Shown piece after piece: positions 54,142-62,864 of a stretch of DNA of 64,000 nt. Made by a program: the position numbers and the translations under genes. The first letter of the stretch is position 1. Each line of letters starts with the position of its first letter. This stretch comes from an uncultured Gammaproteobacteria bacterium (GTDB taxonomy: Bacteria; Patescibacteriota; Microgenomatia; UBA1406), in NCBI GenBank assembly GCA_964414145.1, contig CAYPVH010000003.1:30592-94591 (forward strand), in the 5' to 3' direction. The notes beneath the pieces were generated by a model. The model was not told the DNA's origin. It made no database searches and saw only the letters and a list, made by a program, of their open reading frames with translations.

Positions 54142-55089
54142 ATGGCAACAAAAACAAAGTTTACTAAGAAGGATTTTATTAGTATTTTATCTAACCATAG
54201 TCTTGGTGAATATAAAGGTTATGCTGCAATAGCTGAAGGAACAGTGCAAACTAATTACATTTTAATTACAAGTAGTGGTAAATATGTTTTTAAATACTAT
54301 GAAAACAGACCAAGAGAATCTGTATTGTTTGAATCTAGTTTAATTGCATTTCTAAAATCTAAAAAATATCCTTGTCCTGGTATATATAAAGACAAGGACG
54401 CAAATTATGTTGGTAATTATGAAAACAAACCATATGTTATTTTAGAATTTATTGACGGGAGTTATTTAGATACTTCAAACAATAGGCAAATAAAACAACT
54501 TATAAGGGAAGTGGCAAAGCTTCATAATTTAACACATGAGTATAAACCAACAAACGTAGAACTTCGCTGGAATTATAGTGATGAGTTATGTTTAAAGTTA
54601 GCTAAAAAGGAGGCTAGTAAAATAAATACGAAGGAGTCAAGAGATAAGTTAAAATGGCTTGAGGAAGAAGTACACAGGCTTAAACTTCCAAAAACTCTGC
54701 CTAAAGGAATTTGCCACTGTGATTTGTATTATTCAAATATTTTATTTAAAAATAATAAACTAGTTGGATTGATAGACTTTGATGACGCCAACTATACTTA
54801 TTTATTGTTTGATTTGGTTGGATTGATTGAAAATGAAGCCTGGAAAAGAAAAGTGGATGAGGTACTGAACTTTAGCAAAGCCAAAAAGGTTATTAAGGAG
54901 TATGAGAAATATAGAAGGCTAAGCAAAGCTGAAAAACTTTACTTATTTGATGTTTATAAGCTAAGTATATTATTTGACTGTGTGTGGTATTTTAGTAGGG
55001 GAAGTGGAAATAACTTTTTTGAGAAGAATAAGATAGATTGTTTAAATAAAATTGGAAGGGTGAGTTTTTACAAAAGAATGTTTTTTTAG
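54142..55089 (+). CDS. APH-fold kinase (homoserine kinase type II / aminoglycoside phosphotransferase family)
   Basis: ICHCDLYYSNILF...LVGLIDFDDA (HxDxxxxN ... DFD). Confidence 0.75.
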   Translation: MATKTKFTKKDFISILSNHSLGEYKGYAAIAEGTVQTNYILITSSGKYVFKYYENRPRESVLFESSLIAFLKSKKYPCPGIYKDKDANYVGNYENKPYVILEFIDGSYLDTSNNRQIKQLIREVAKLHNLTHEYKPTNVELRWNYSDELCLKLAKKEASKINTKESRDKLKWLEEEVHRLKLPKTLPKGICHCDLYYSNILFKNNKLVGLIDFDDANYTYLLFDLVGLIENEAWKRKVDEVLNFSKAKKVIKEYEKYRRLSKAEKLYLFDVYKLSILFDCVWYFSRGSGNNFFEKNKIDCLNKIGRVSFYKRMFF

Positions 55090-55155
55090 GTGGTTTAATT
55101 ATTTGATAAGAACTTTTTGTTTTTAGTTTTTTCAGTGCTATTAATTTACTCGCCA

Positions 55156-56379
55156 CTATAAACTACTCATAGCTTGCAATTGTTTGGTTTTTATCTTATC
55201 AACCCGGAGCACTACAGTAAAAAATAGTACAAGAATACCAGCTAAGATGAATGGGTAAGCTACATGCTGATCAGCAAGCCAGCCCATTGTTAGGCCAACT
55301 ATTGCACCATAAAGACTAACAAATAAATTTATCAGCGATAGTACTGTAGCTCTTATTTTTTCAGGAATAACTCCGTTTTGATAACTAGAGATGAGTGGAT
55401 TCTTGATCTCTGAAGTTCCGTAGGTAAATAAAAAAGCAAAAAAAGCTATTATAGCACTTGGTGCTACTGCCATAACTAAATAACCAATACCTGGTAGGAT
55501 TGTGCTTACGATCAAAGCTGTTTTTTTACCTAACCATTGTTCAATCGTGAAAATGTTTTTTTGTAAGACTACAGCTAGCAATGCACCAGTCGCAGAGGCG
55601 ATACCCATATTCATTGCTGTTAAGTTAAAGTGGGCAAAATATGGCTGAAATAAAGAACCTAGGGTTCCTGAAAAAGTTGCTGTAAGAATTGATATACCCA
55701 TCAACCACAATAAAAAACTGTTTCCTCTAATACACTGGATACCATTTTTGAGAATAGTGATAGGTGATTCTTCTTCATGTACGTATTCTTTTTTTGGTTC
55801 TTTTAAAGTAAATGCCAATAATAAAGCAATAAATACACTACAGGCAGTGAGGAAAACAGTAAAAAGAAATCTTTCAAGTGTAAAAACAGGAATAAGTAAG
55901 CTACCGAGCATTGGGGCTGCAAAAAAGGCTAAGTAGTAAGCTGCTCCCTTAAAGCCCATGGACTTCTTCATCTCATTTTCTTTGTTTTCGTTTGGTAAGG
56001 TATCGTAGATAAGTGCCTCAATACATCCAGAGGCAAAAGAAAATCCAATACCTGCAATTATGGCTATAACAATAAACTCAAAATAACTATTAGCAAAAAT
56101 ATACCAAACTTCTCCAATTAACTGGAGAAATAGTGCAACTATTACTGACTTTTTCCGACCAATTTTATCTGCGATTACACCTGTGGGAACTTCTGCTAAA
56201 AAAATTGTAGCTACAATAATTGACCAGATTGAACTTGCCTGGAATAAAGTAAGACTTCTTGCCTGAAGGTATAGCGTGCCTACATGACCATATAAGTATA
56301 AACTTGAAAAGAATGTAATTAAGGCAATTTTGTGAGTGTTAGTCAATTTTTTGATATTGTGAAGCTTTATAATTTTCAT
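55156..56379 (-). CDS. MFS transporter
   Basis: 407 aa, about 12 TM segments, and the loop 2-3 motif GVIADKIGRKKS. Confidence 0.85.
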   Translation of the reverse strand: MKIIKLHNIKKLTNTHKIALITFFSSLYLYGHVGTLYLQARSLTLFQASSIWSIIVATIFLAEVPTGVIADKIGRKKSVIVALFLQLIGEVWYIFANSYFEFIVIAIIAGIGFSFASGCIEALIYDTLPNENKENEMKKSMGFKGAAYYLAFFAAPMLGSLLIPVFTLERFLFTVFLTACSVFIALLLAFTLKEPKKEYVHEEESPITILKNGIQCIRGNSFLLWLMGISILTATFSGTLGSLFQPYFAHFNLTAMNMGIASATGALLAVVLQKNIFTIEQWLGKKTALIVSTILPGIGYLVMAVAPSAIIAFFAFLFTYGTSEIKNPLISSYQNGVIPEKIRATVLSLINLFVSLYGAIVGLTMGWLADQHVAYPFILAGILVLFFTVVLRVDKIKTKQLQAMSSL

Positions 56380-56760
56380 ACGTGTTAATTAATTCTATAG
56401 TAATGGATCTGTTTATTCTATCTTCTTGAATTATATGTCTATACCATCTATACGCAAACGCTAGCTTTAGCAAAGTATGGGAGCGGGTAACGATACGGTG
56501 CTCGAACCTACAGCGCGCCAGCAACGCCAAGCTTTGCTTATTTAGCCAGGATGTCTATATCAAACCTGATCTAGTTTTACAGTTGAACTTTCTTAAAAAG
56601 CATTTAGCATAAAAACCTTTGCAGACACTATGTAAGTGCTTTATACCCTAGGTGACGTTTCAATCTCCATTCTTATTATCTAAACTGATTAAGATTTGAG
56701 GGGTTAGTTAACGTTAACGTACCGACTTACGCCAGAGCAAATGAGCCTTCAAGTATTTTT

Positions 56761-57270
56761 TTATATTATTTTTACTGTTTTCTTACTAGTATGATTAGAA
56801 CTATCAACAGCATACTTCTCCCATTTTCCCAGATCAGAAAACTGATGCCACATTTTTCGTACTACTTCAGGCTTTACCAAGGCGTCCGGGTTTTGGCGTT
56901 CAACAGCACGCTTTATCGTTGTTTCTTCATTTGGGCGTAAAACGATAAATCGTACGTCAATTTTCTTTTGGGCTAGTTTTAACCAAGGATTCAAAAACCA
57001 TGGACCAACAACACCATCAACATATGTTTCAAATCCTCCCTCTGCGTATCTCTTAGCACATGCTGTAATTGCTTCCATCACAACAATATTTTGTTGTTGC
57101 GCTTCTGTTTTCCATGGAAGAACATATCCTTTTTTAATTGCATCATAAAAATCATCGGTATGTAAATGAATTGCGCGACTATGACATGACTGTTCAGCTA
57201 GCTGCTTAGCAATAGTTGTTTTACCAGAGCCAGGCGATCCTGAAATAATGACAATTGTAGCTGATGACAT
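56761..57270 (-). CDS. P-loop kinase-like protein (AAA/zeta-toxin/chloramphenicol-phosphotransferase-like fold)
   Basis: IIISGSPGSGKTTIAKQLAE Walker A. About 170 aa. Substrate unknown. Confidence 0.6.
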   Translation of the reverse strand: MSSATIVIISGSPGSGKTTIAKQLAEQSCHSRAIHLHTDDFYDAIKKGYVLPWKTEAQQQNIVVMEAITACAKRYAEGGFETYVDGVVGPWFLNPWLKLAQKKIDVRFIVLRPNEETTIKRAVERQNPDALVKPEVVRKMWHQFSDLGKWEKYAVDSSNHTSKKTVKII

Positions 57271-57458
57271 ATACTTATTGTATACTTTTTCGTCTAAACT
57301 TATGCGAACAAAGCTTGAAAGTTACCTACTGAATATTTTACTCTGATTAAAAAGGATATTAGAACGACTATGGCACTGATTATAAATACTTTTCCACGAT
57401 TTATCGATCTAGTTAGTGTTAGTTAATGTAAATTAGTATTTATTTCTGTCACTTTATG

Positions 57459-57529
57459 AGCGGGATACGGGAGTCGAACCCGTCTCTGCTCCTTGGAAGG
57501 GAGCTGTTGAACCGCTCAACTAATCCCGC
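57459..57529 (-). tRNA. tRNA-Gly (anticodon UCC)
   Basis: Minus strand: GCGGGAT TA GTTG AGCGGTT CAAC A GCTCC CTTCCAA GGAGC AGAG ACGGG TTCGACT CCCGT ATCCCGC T. 71 nt. Confidence 0.9.
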
Positions 57530-57580
57530 GGTTACAAGGAAAACAATAATTCATATTTTAGCAAAATCGACAGTGATTTT

Positions 57581-57778
57581 GTACAGGGTCGGACCCTGCA
57601 GGGTCCGACCCTGTAAAACGGGTATAAGTAAGGCGCTGAATACTTAATATAACAACTGATTAAAATAAGCGGTTATAATAGCCTAGTTCTGGAGGTCCGT
57701 CCTCTTTAAGGACGGACCTCATAAAGTGGGGCAAAGTAAAGCTCTGAAATGTTAATTGCCTAAACAGGTCTGACCTGT
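57581..57778 (+). repeat. ~198-bp composite hairpin repeat, left copy (direct repeat of 62569-62766)
   Basis: Contains tandem palindromes CAGGGTCGGACCCTG and CAGGGTCCGACCCTG, REP hairpin copy 4, and the palindrome ACAGGTCTGACCTGT. Near-identical to the right copy apart from a few substitutions and the hairpin loop. Confidence 0.9.
57692..57720. repeat. REP-like hairpin, copy 4
   Basis: GAGGTCCGTCC tctttaa GGACGGACCTC. Confidence 0.9.
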
Positions 57779-57822
57779 TTGGAAAAGTTGATTTTAGGAA
57801 AAATATAGATAGAATATTGTGT

Positions 57823-58035
57823 ATGCGACGAACTGGAAAGCTATCTATATTATTATTTATGATTATGCTTACATTAGCTTTGTTGGTTCCGATTAATGCG
57901 TCGTGTGCATGTATTTCGTATATTGGAGATATAAAGACAGGAAAAGTAATTATGGGTGAAAGACAACCATTTTGGGAAATTATAGTTTTTAGGATATTGT
58001 ATGGTGAAATAAAAAAACCTCTACACAATAATTAA
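57823..58035 (+). CDS. possible small exported protein (70 aa)
   Basis: MRRTGKLSILLFMIMLTLALLVPINASCAC has a signal-peptide shape with a Cys shortly after the hydrophobic core. No homology evidence is available. Confidence 0.3.
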   Translation: MRRTGKLSILLFMIMLTLALLVPINASCACISYIGDIKTGKVIMGERQPFWEIIVFRILYGEIKKPLHNN

Positions 58036-58040
58036 ATACT

Positions 58041-59234
58041 TCATGAAATAACCTTAGAATAAATAGAAGGTAGAAAGAGCATGAAGATTAATACCCAAAG
58101 TATAAGTAAAAAACCCAGAATATATAGAATAATGATAATTCCGAAATTGTTTGCAATTAAACCAAAGAGAAGCACAAATCCTATGTATAAAATTTCAAAA
58201 GTAAAACTTTTTAAAGAAGAAATAGTGGCTCTTTGAGTAGAAATTATGGTGTGCTGAAATTTAGCTTCTAGTTTTAAGTGCGCTATTTTCAATAAATAAA
58301 GTCCCAAAAATATTAGTAAAACAGAAATATATGATTGTAATATTCCAGCGGTAAAAAACAAACAAGCACTAAATAGAAGTAGAGCACTTTCTTTTAGTAT
58401 TGTGCCTTTCCTGTTAAATAAGGGAAGTGTAAAACCGGCAAGAACAAAGCAACCATAACCAATGGCAACAAGTATGCCAACAATTGCAGGGGAATATTTC
58501 AGAAACTTATATATAAGGGCCCAGTATTCCTCAGCTGCTCCGTATGTAGCAAATATCAGGCAAAAGAAAGCTAAAATACCGAGTAATTTAGTATTGTTCT
58601 TAATTTCGTATACAGCTTCTTTAAGTAATTTAAGATAATTTACCTCATCGGTTGACTTAACTGGTTTTATAGATTCTATTGTAAGAAGGACAATAATACC
58701 CAAAATACTAGTATAAATACTAGCTAGCAGAACTAAGTTAAAATTTATTGTTGCTAACAACCCACCTAGAATTGCCGAAGTTGTAATTCCCAACCAAAAT
58801 GCGCTTTCCAGCCTTCCGTTAATTTCTTCATAGGATTTTTCTAGTCTATGAGTTTTAAGGGTATCATATACAAGAGCTTCTTGTGTGCCACTGACTAATG
58901 CGTTTTTAATACCCCACATAACAAAACCAAGTGCATAAAGTAAAAAAGTACCTTTTAACCACAGAACAAAACCTAATATATGAATAAATGAAGCAATAAT
59001 TAATAAATTACGACGTGAATATTTATCAGCGACAGTTCCTAGGGGTACTTCAAGAATAAATTGAGTACCTGCCCAAATAGCTATAAGTAGGGATATTTGG
59101 AATGGATTAATACCGTTACTTGTAAACAGTAATACAAAAATTACGCCAATGGGTTTAACAGCGTCTAGAAACTTATATAAGGCAAACTTATTAGTAAATC
59201 GGTTCATAAAGTTATTATATTTGAACAAAGACAA
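58041..59234 (-). CDS. MFS transporter
   Basis: 397 aa, about 12 TM segments, loop motif GTVADKYSRRN. Confidence 0.85.
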   Translation of the reverse strand: MSLFKYNNFMNRFTNKFALYKFLDAVKPIGVIFVLLFTSNGINPFQISLLIAIWAGTQFILEVPLGTVADKYSRRNLLIIASFIHILGFVLWLKGTFLLYALGFVMWGIKNALVSGTQEALVYDTLKTHRLEKSYEEINGRLESAFWLGITTSAILGGLLATINFNLVLLASIYTSILGIIVLLTIESIKPVKSTDEVNYLKLLKEAVYEIKNNTKLLGILAFFCLIFATYGAAEEYWALIYKFLKYSPAIVGILVAIGYGCFVLAGFTLPLFNRKGTILKESALLLFSACLFFTAGILQSYISVLLIFLGLYLLKIAHLKLEAKFQHTIISTQRATISSLKSFTFEILYIGFVLLFGLIANNFGIIIILYILGFLLILWVLIFMLFLPSIYSKVIS

Positions 59235-59322
59235 TTTTGTAGTAGCGTTATTTTTAGATTTGTAAGGACGGTTATAGTAAAATGGTACACAATAAAGCTC
59301 TGAAGCATTAATTGTTTTAACA

Positions 59323-59362
59323 GTTTTAACAGTCAGACCTGTACAGGTCTGACTGTTAAAAC
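59323..59362. repeat. perfect 40-bp palindrome (GTTTTAACAGTCAGACCTGT/ACAGGTCTGACTGTTAAAAC) within a degenerate third copy of the composite repeat
   Basis: The reverse complement of the first 20 nt equals the second 20 nt exactly. 59262-59322 resembles 57706-57765 (taaggacgg...aaagctctgaa..ttaattg). Confidence 0.9.
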
Positions 59363-59431
59363 AGCAGGATATAGCATTAGTACAGTCTTTTTGAGAATTG
59401 TTTAAGACTGCTTATGAAAATATAGCGCTTT

Positions 59432-59440
59432 TGGTAAACT
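59432..59440 (+). promoter_or_regulatory. extended -10 box TGGTAAACT, 8 nt before ATG 59449
   Basis: TGnTAAACT with no SD. Confidence 0.4.
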
Positions 59441-59448
59441 TTAACATT

Positions 59449-60024
59449 ATGCAAGGTGTAGTAAATGAAACAACTCTTGTTAAACTTTTTAAGCCATTTA
59501 TTATTGAGTGTAGAAGCGGGGATTGGGAACACGCATTAAGAGTAGTGGCGTGGGTTAAAATATTGGGAAAAGATAGAAATGATTTACTTATATTAATAAT
59601 TGCCGGTTACTTGCATGATATTGGATGGTATAAGCTGGTTGAAAAGGGAGCCAAGCTTTCCAGAGCCAAATTGCTTAAATTACAGCCAAAGGCAGACAAA
59701 CAAACAGATGTGTTATTAACAAAAGTACTGAAATATATCAATTTAAAAGGTGAGGATATTCAAAAAATAAAAAGACTTATTCAAGCAACCGAAACATATA
59801 TTGCATTTGAAGAAGACGAAAAAATACTGGTAGATTCTGATAATTTAAGTAAAACCGACCCTAAGCATATTAAAGAAAAATATAAGAAAACTGATTGGTT
59901 GGAAATTATAGATTTGTTTGAGAAAAAACTTCCACATAGAATTAAAACCGAACAAGGTAAAAAATTGTTTAGTATTAAGCTGGCAGAGCTAAAGGAAACT
60001 ATCGAAGATGAACTAAATAAATAA
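59449..60024 (+). CDS. HD-domain phosphohydrolase-like protein
   Basis: WEHALRV ... AGYLHDIGW (H...HD). ATG 59449 is preferred over TTG 59398. Confidence 0.7.
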   Translation: MQGVVNETTLVKLFKPFIIECRSGDWEHALRVVAWVKILGKDRNDLLILIIAGYLHDIGWYKLVEKGAKLSRAKLLKLQPKADKQTDVLLTKVLKYINLKGEDIQKIKRLIQATETYIAFEEDEKILVDSDNLSKTDPKHIKEKYKKTDWLEIIDLFEKKLPHRIKTEQGKKLFSIKLAELKETIEDELNK

Positions 60025-60033
60025 ACCGTATTT

Positions 60034-60894
60034 ATGATTAAAAATGTAAAAATAGATTATTCCATTGTAGAAAAGGTAATCGCATTTTTTGACTTACATA
60101 ACCCTATTAATATTAAATATATTAAAGAAGGAATATCTAATAGTAATTATGAAGTTAAAACAAGCGAAGGAGTGTATATAGTTCAATTATTAAGTATTAA
60201 CAAGGAAAGGACTATAGAGAATGTTTTGAGTATACATTCACAGATGAGAAAAACGAGAATATTAATTCCAAAATATATAAGCAATAAGGACGGGCTATGT
60301 ATGTATAAAGATAATGAATTGGTAGCCGTTGTATACAAAAAAATATTAGGAATAACTCCAAAAACGGTAAACAAAACTCTTGCATATGAATTTGGTAAAT
60401 GTTTAGCAATCTTTCATAAGTGCGTTATAAAACTGCCATATAATAATAGAAATGCATTAGTAGACCAAGTTAATTCAGGTATTAAAACAAACCTGTATGC
60501 TAAAAACTTGCCGAAGGGTATTATTCATGGTGATTTGCATTTAGGTAATGTTATGGTTGAAAGTGATAAGAACTTAAAAATAACTGCTTTACTTGATTTT
60601 GAAGAAGCACATATAAATTTATTAATAATAGATATTGCAGTTACTGTAATGGCTACATGTTCTAAGAATAATGGTACACGAGTTGATATTGATTTAATTA
60701 GAAATACAATTAGTGGCTACCAAAGTATTAGAAAATTAGAAAAATTTGAAAAGCAAAACTTTAAAGAGGCAGTTAACTATGTAGCACTTTGTTGGATTGA
60801 ATGGTTTAAAAATAACGATTATGTTAAGTATGCAAAAAGACACTTAAAGCGTTTAAATAATTTTAATAAATTAAACCAGGGTGACTATTTTTAA
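60034..60894 (+). CDS. APH-fold kinase (homoserine kinase type II / aminoglycoside phosphotransferase family)
   Basis: IIHGDLHLGNVMV...ALLDFEEA. Confidence 0.75.
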   Translation: MIKNVKIDYSIVEKVIAFFDLHNPINIKYIKEGISNSNYEVKTSEGVYIVQLLSINKERTIENVLSIHSQMRKTRILIPKYISNKDGLCMYKDNELVAVVYKKILGITPKTVNKTLAYEFGKCLAIFHKCVIKLPYNNRNALVDQVNSGIKTNLYAKNLPKGIIHGDLHLGNVMVESDKNLKITALLDFEEAHINLLIIDIAVTVMATCSKNNGTRVDIDLIRNTISGYQSIRKLEKFEKQNFKEAVNYVALCWIEWFKNNDYVKYAKRHLKRLNNFNKLNQGDYF

Positions 60895-60928
60895 CATATA
60901 AAACGTTAATTAAATATATAATTGAAGC

Positions 60929-61489
60929 ATGATTGAAAGAGAACGATTTCCTAATAAATTTAAACAAGTAGTCAATTTTTTAAAAGGTCACAGAGAAATA
61001 AAAAAAGACAAAGATACGTACGAAGCAGGATTTGTACAAAAAGGAATACTTTACGGTTTGAATACATTAATTCCAAAAACAGTAAGAAGATCAGGTATAT
61101 TAAATGATTCGGCAAGAAGGGAAATGGTAGACAAGCTTTTAATATATCAAGTTAGATTAAATGATAGACTAGATTTTGAACGATCTAGAAGAACAGATAT
61201 GTCAGATATCGTTACTGAGGCTACAGAAAAAGAAGCAGAAGCTAAGGAGCAGCTTGAAGAGTCATTGATAGGATTTGATGAAGGCCTAAAACAAATTATA
61301 TTTAACATGCTAGAGGAAGTTGAAATTGTTGAAAATCATGCTGCAAGAAGGGCTGGTATGATGACATTTGACGAGGTTGAGCAATATAGAAATATTGTGA
61401 ATGCTATTTCAAATTGTTTATTAACCGTTACTATTTTAGGAACAAATTCATTAAATGGAAGACTAACTACTTTATCAGAAGAAGATTAA
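60929..61489 (+). CDS. hypothetical protein (upstream part of an ORF interrupted by one in-frame TAA)
   Basis: 186-aa ORF in the same frame as 61571-61933, with no other stop in between. Confidence 0.45.
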   Translation: MIERERFPNKFKQVVNFLKGHREIKKDKDTYEAGFVQKGILYGLNTLIPKTVRRSGILNDSARREMVDKLLIYQVRLNDRLDFERSRRTDMSDIVTEATEKEAEAKEQLEESLIGFDEGLKQIIFNMLEEVEIVENHAARRAGMMTFDEVEQYRNIVNAISNCLLTVTILGTNSLNGRLTTLSEED

Positions 61490-61570
61490 AATTGGAAAGG
61501 TATTAGTCAAAAATATAGCTGGGTTTTAACAACAGATTACCTAACTGATGAGGAAAGAGTAATTCAAATT

Positions 61571-61933
61571 ATGCATAATATTGGCATGGCCGGACAGATA
61601 GATGATGATTGGTATGGAAGGTATTTAGACCCAAGACTAGCAGTTGATTCTTTCGCCTTGGCTGCAATACGTGAAAAGGGGAGTGTTGAAGAGGCGTATA
61701 AGTTTTTAATGGATATAAAAAAGAGCTATTCTGAAAGAGCAGTAATGCTAGGTTTAAGTAAAGTTGGAGCTACTTCTTTGCTTTCTACTCATAAATTGGG
61801 GCAAAAGATTATGAGAGGAATAACTCTAGCGGCCAGAACAACAGGGTATAAAAAATTAAAAGATATGCTTCAAGAGAAGGTTGTGCCAAAATTGGGAGTT
61901 AGAGAACAGTTGTATGCAAAAGGTATTATCTGA
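61571..61933 (+). CDS. hypothetical protein (downstream part of the interrupted ORF)
   Basis: The frame is open from 61490 onward. The first ATG is at 61571. Confidence 0.4.
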   Translation: MHNIGMAGQIDDDWYGRYLDPRLAVDSFALAAIREKGSVEEAYKFLMDIKKSYSERAVMLGLSKVGATSLLSTHKLGQKIMRGITLAARTTGYKKLKDMLQEKVVPKLGVREQLYAKGII

Positions 61934-61936
61934 TAC

Positions 61937-62536
61937 TTATATCTTTTTAAGGAAACGAATTAATGGTTTTGAAAAAAATGTTAGTGCAAATGCAATACTT
62001 AACACATGTTCAAAAGTGGGGATAGTAATGTTATGCGCGTCGCTTATGGTAATGGTAGAGGCGGGTACTAACTCGTCGCCAAAGGCAGCTCTTACAGTCA
62101 TAATATTATGTTTATCAGCTTTTGCTAATTTTAGTATATTTTGTTCACAGTTAATAACTGATTTAGCAAAAGCAGGGCTATTTCGGGTTTTCTCATTAAA
62201 GGAACGATAACCCGTTTTTGGCTCTACTCTTAGTCGGCCACAAATGTTGATTACTTTATATATTTTGCTTTTTCTTAAGCAGTAAGCATTTATTGCTGCA
62301 CTTCCTCCAGCGCTGGTGCCAATTAGGGAAAGTTTAAAAGGTTTAGCATATGTTTTGTCTATTAATTGGAGTAATCTAGCCATTTTTTGCTTATAGTTAC
62401 TTGAGTTATCTAGCCAACTAAACGAATATACAATTGGTTTAATATCTTTCTGAATAAAGTGTTTCGTGAGAATGTTTAAACCAAAAGTATTATCGCTTAA
62501 ACCAGAAACAATTATAACTATGTGATTAATTGGCAT
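61937..62536 (-). CDS. alpha/beta-hydrolase-fold protein
   Basis: Nucleophile elbow LIGTSAGGS (GxSxG). 199 aa. Confidence 0.65.
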   Translation of the reverse strand: MPINHIVIIVSGLSDNTFGLNILTKHFIQKDIKPIVYSFSWLDNSSNYKQKMARLLQLIDKTYAKPFKLSLIGTSAGGSAAINAYCLRKSKIYKVINICGRLRVEPKTGYRSFNEKTRNSPAFAKSVINCEQNILKLAKADKHNIMTVRAAFGDELVPASTITISDAHNITIPTFEHVLSIAFALTFFSKPLIRFLKKI

Positions 62537-62568
62537 AAGAAAATTATAGCGTAATAAGATAATAGAAT

Positions 62569-62766
62569 GTACAGGGTCGGACCCTGCAGGGTCCGACCCT
62601 GTAAAACGGGCGTAAGTAAGGCGCTGAATACTTAATATAACAACTGATTAAAATAAGCGGTTATAATAGCCTAGTTCTGGAGGTCCGTCCTTAAAAAGGA
62701 CGGACCTCATAAAGTGGGGGACAATAAAGCTCCGAAATGTTAATTGCCTAAACAGGTCTGACCTGT
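62569..62766 (+). repeat. ~198-bp composite hairpin repeat, right copy
   Basis: Direct repeat of 57581-57778. Confidence 0.9.
62680..62708. repeat. REP-like hairpin, copy 5
   Basis: GAGGTCCGTCC ttaaaaa GGACGGACCTC. Confidence 0.9.
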
Positions 62767-62864
62767 AAAACTATAAAACATAAATTTATAGCCGGGATAG
62801 TTCTTTGAGAATTGAGGGTACTATTGACGCTATAGTGCTATAATACAAATTATTACTAATAGGT

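Noticed and set aside
56339-56530. 63-aa minus-strand ORF upstream of the MFS gene
   Set aside because: It overlaps the MFS gene start and the GC-rich tRNA-like segment. It has no start context or motif. The region is treated as non-coding.
56555-56575. tcaaACCTGATCTAGtt resembles the ACCTGATCTGG core of TPP riboswitches
   Set aside because: It is a single short match. The CUGAGA and GGGG elements are missing. It lies on the plus strand while both neighbouring genes are on the minus strand.
57660-58028. 122-aa minus-strand ORF
   Set aside because: Its C-terminal part is translated straight through the REP hairpin and composite repeat (..KEDGPPELGYYNRLF). It is most likely an artefact of the repeat.
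5521-62708. Whether the five identical GAGGTCCGTCC hairpins, or the other repeats, represent a CRISPR array
   Set aside because: The copies are palindromic, lie kilobases apart and are irregularly spaced, with no repeat-spacer periodicity. No cas genes are present. The pattern fits REP/BIME-type elements instead.
57581-62766. Integrase, transposase or att-site evidence for the 5-kb island
   Set aside because: No tyrosine or serine recombinase or DDE transposase ORF lies in or beside the island. No duplication of the tRNA-Gly(UCC) 3' end was found by eye. Mobility is therefore only hypothesised.
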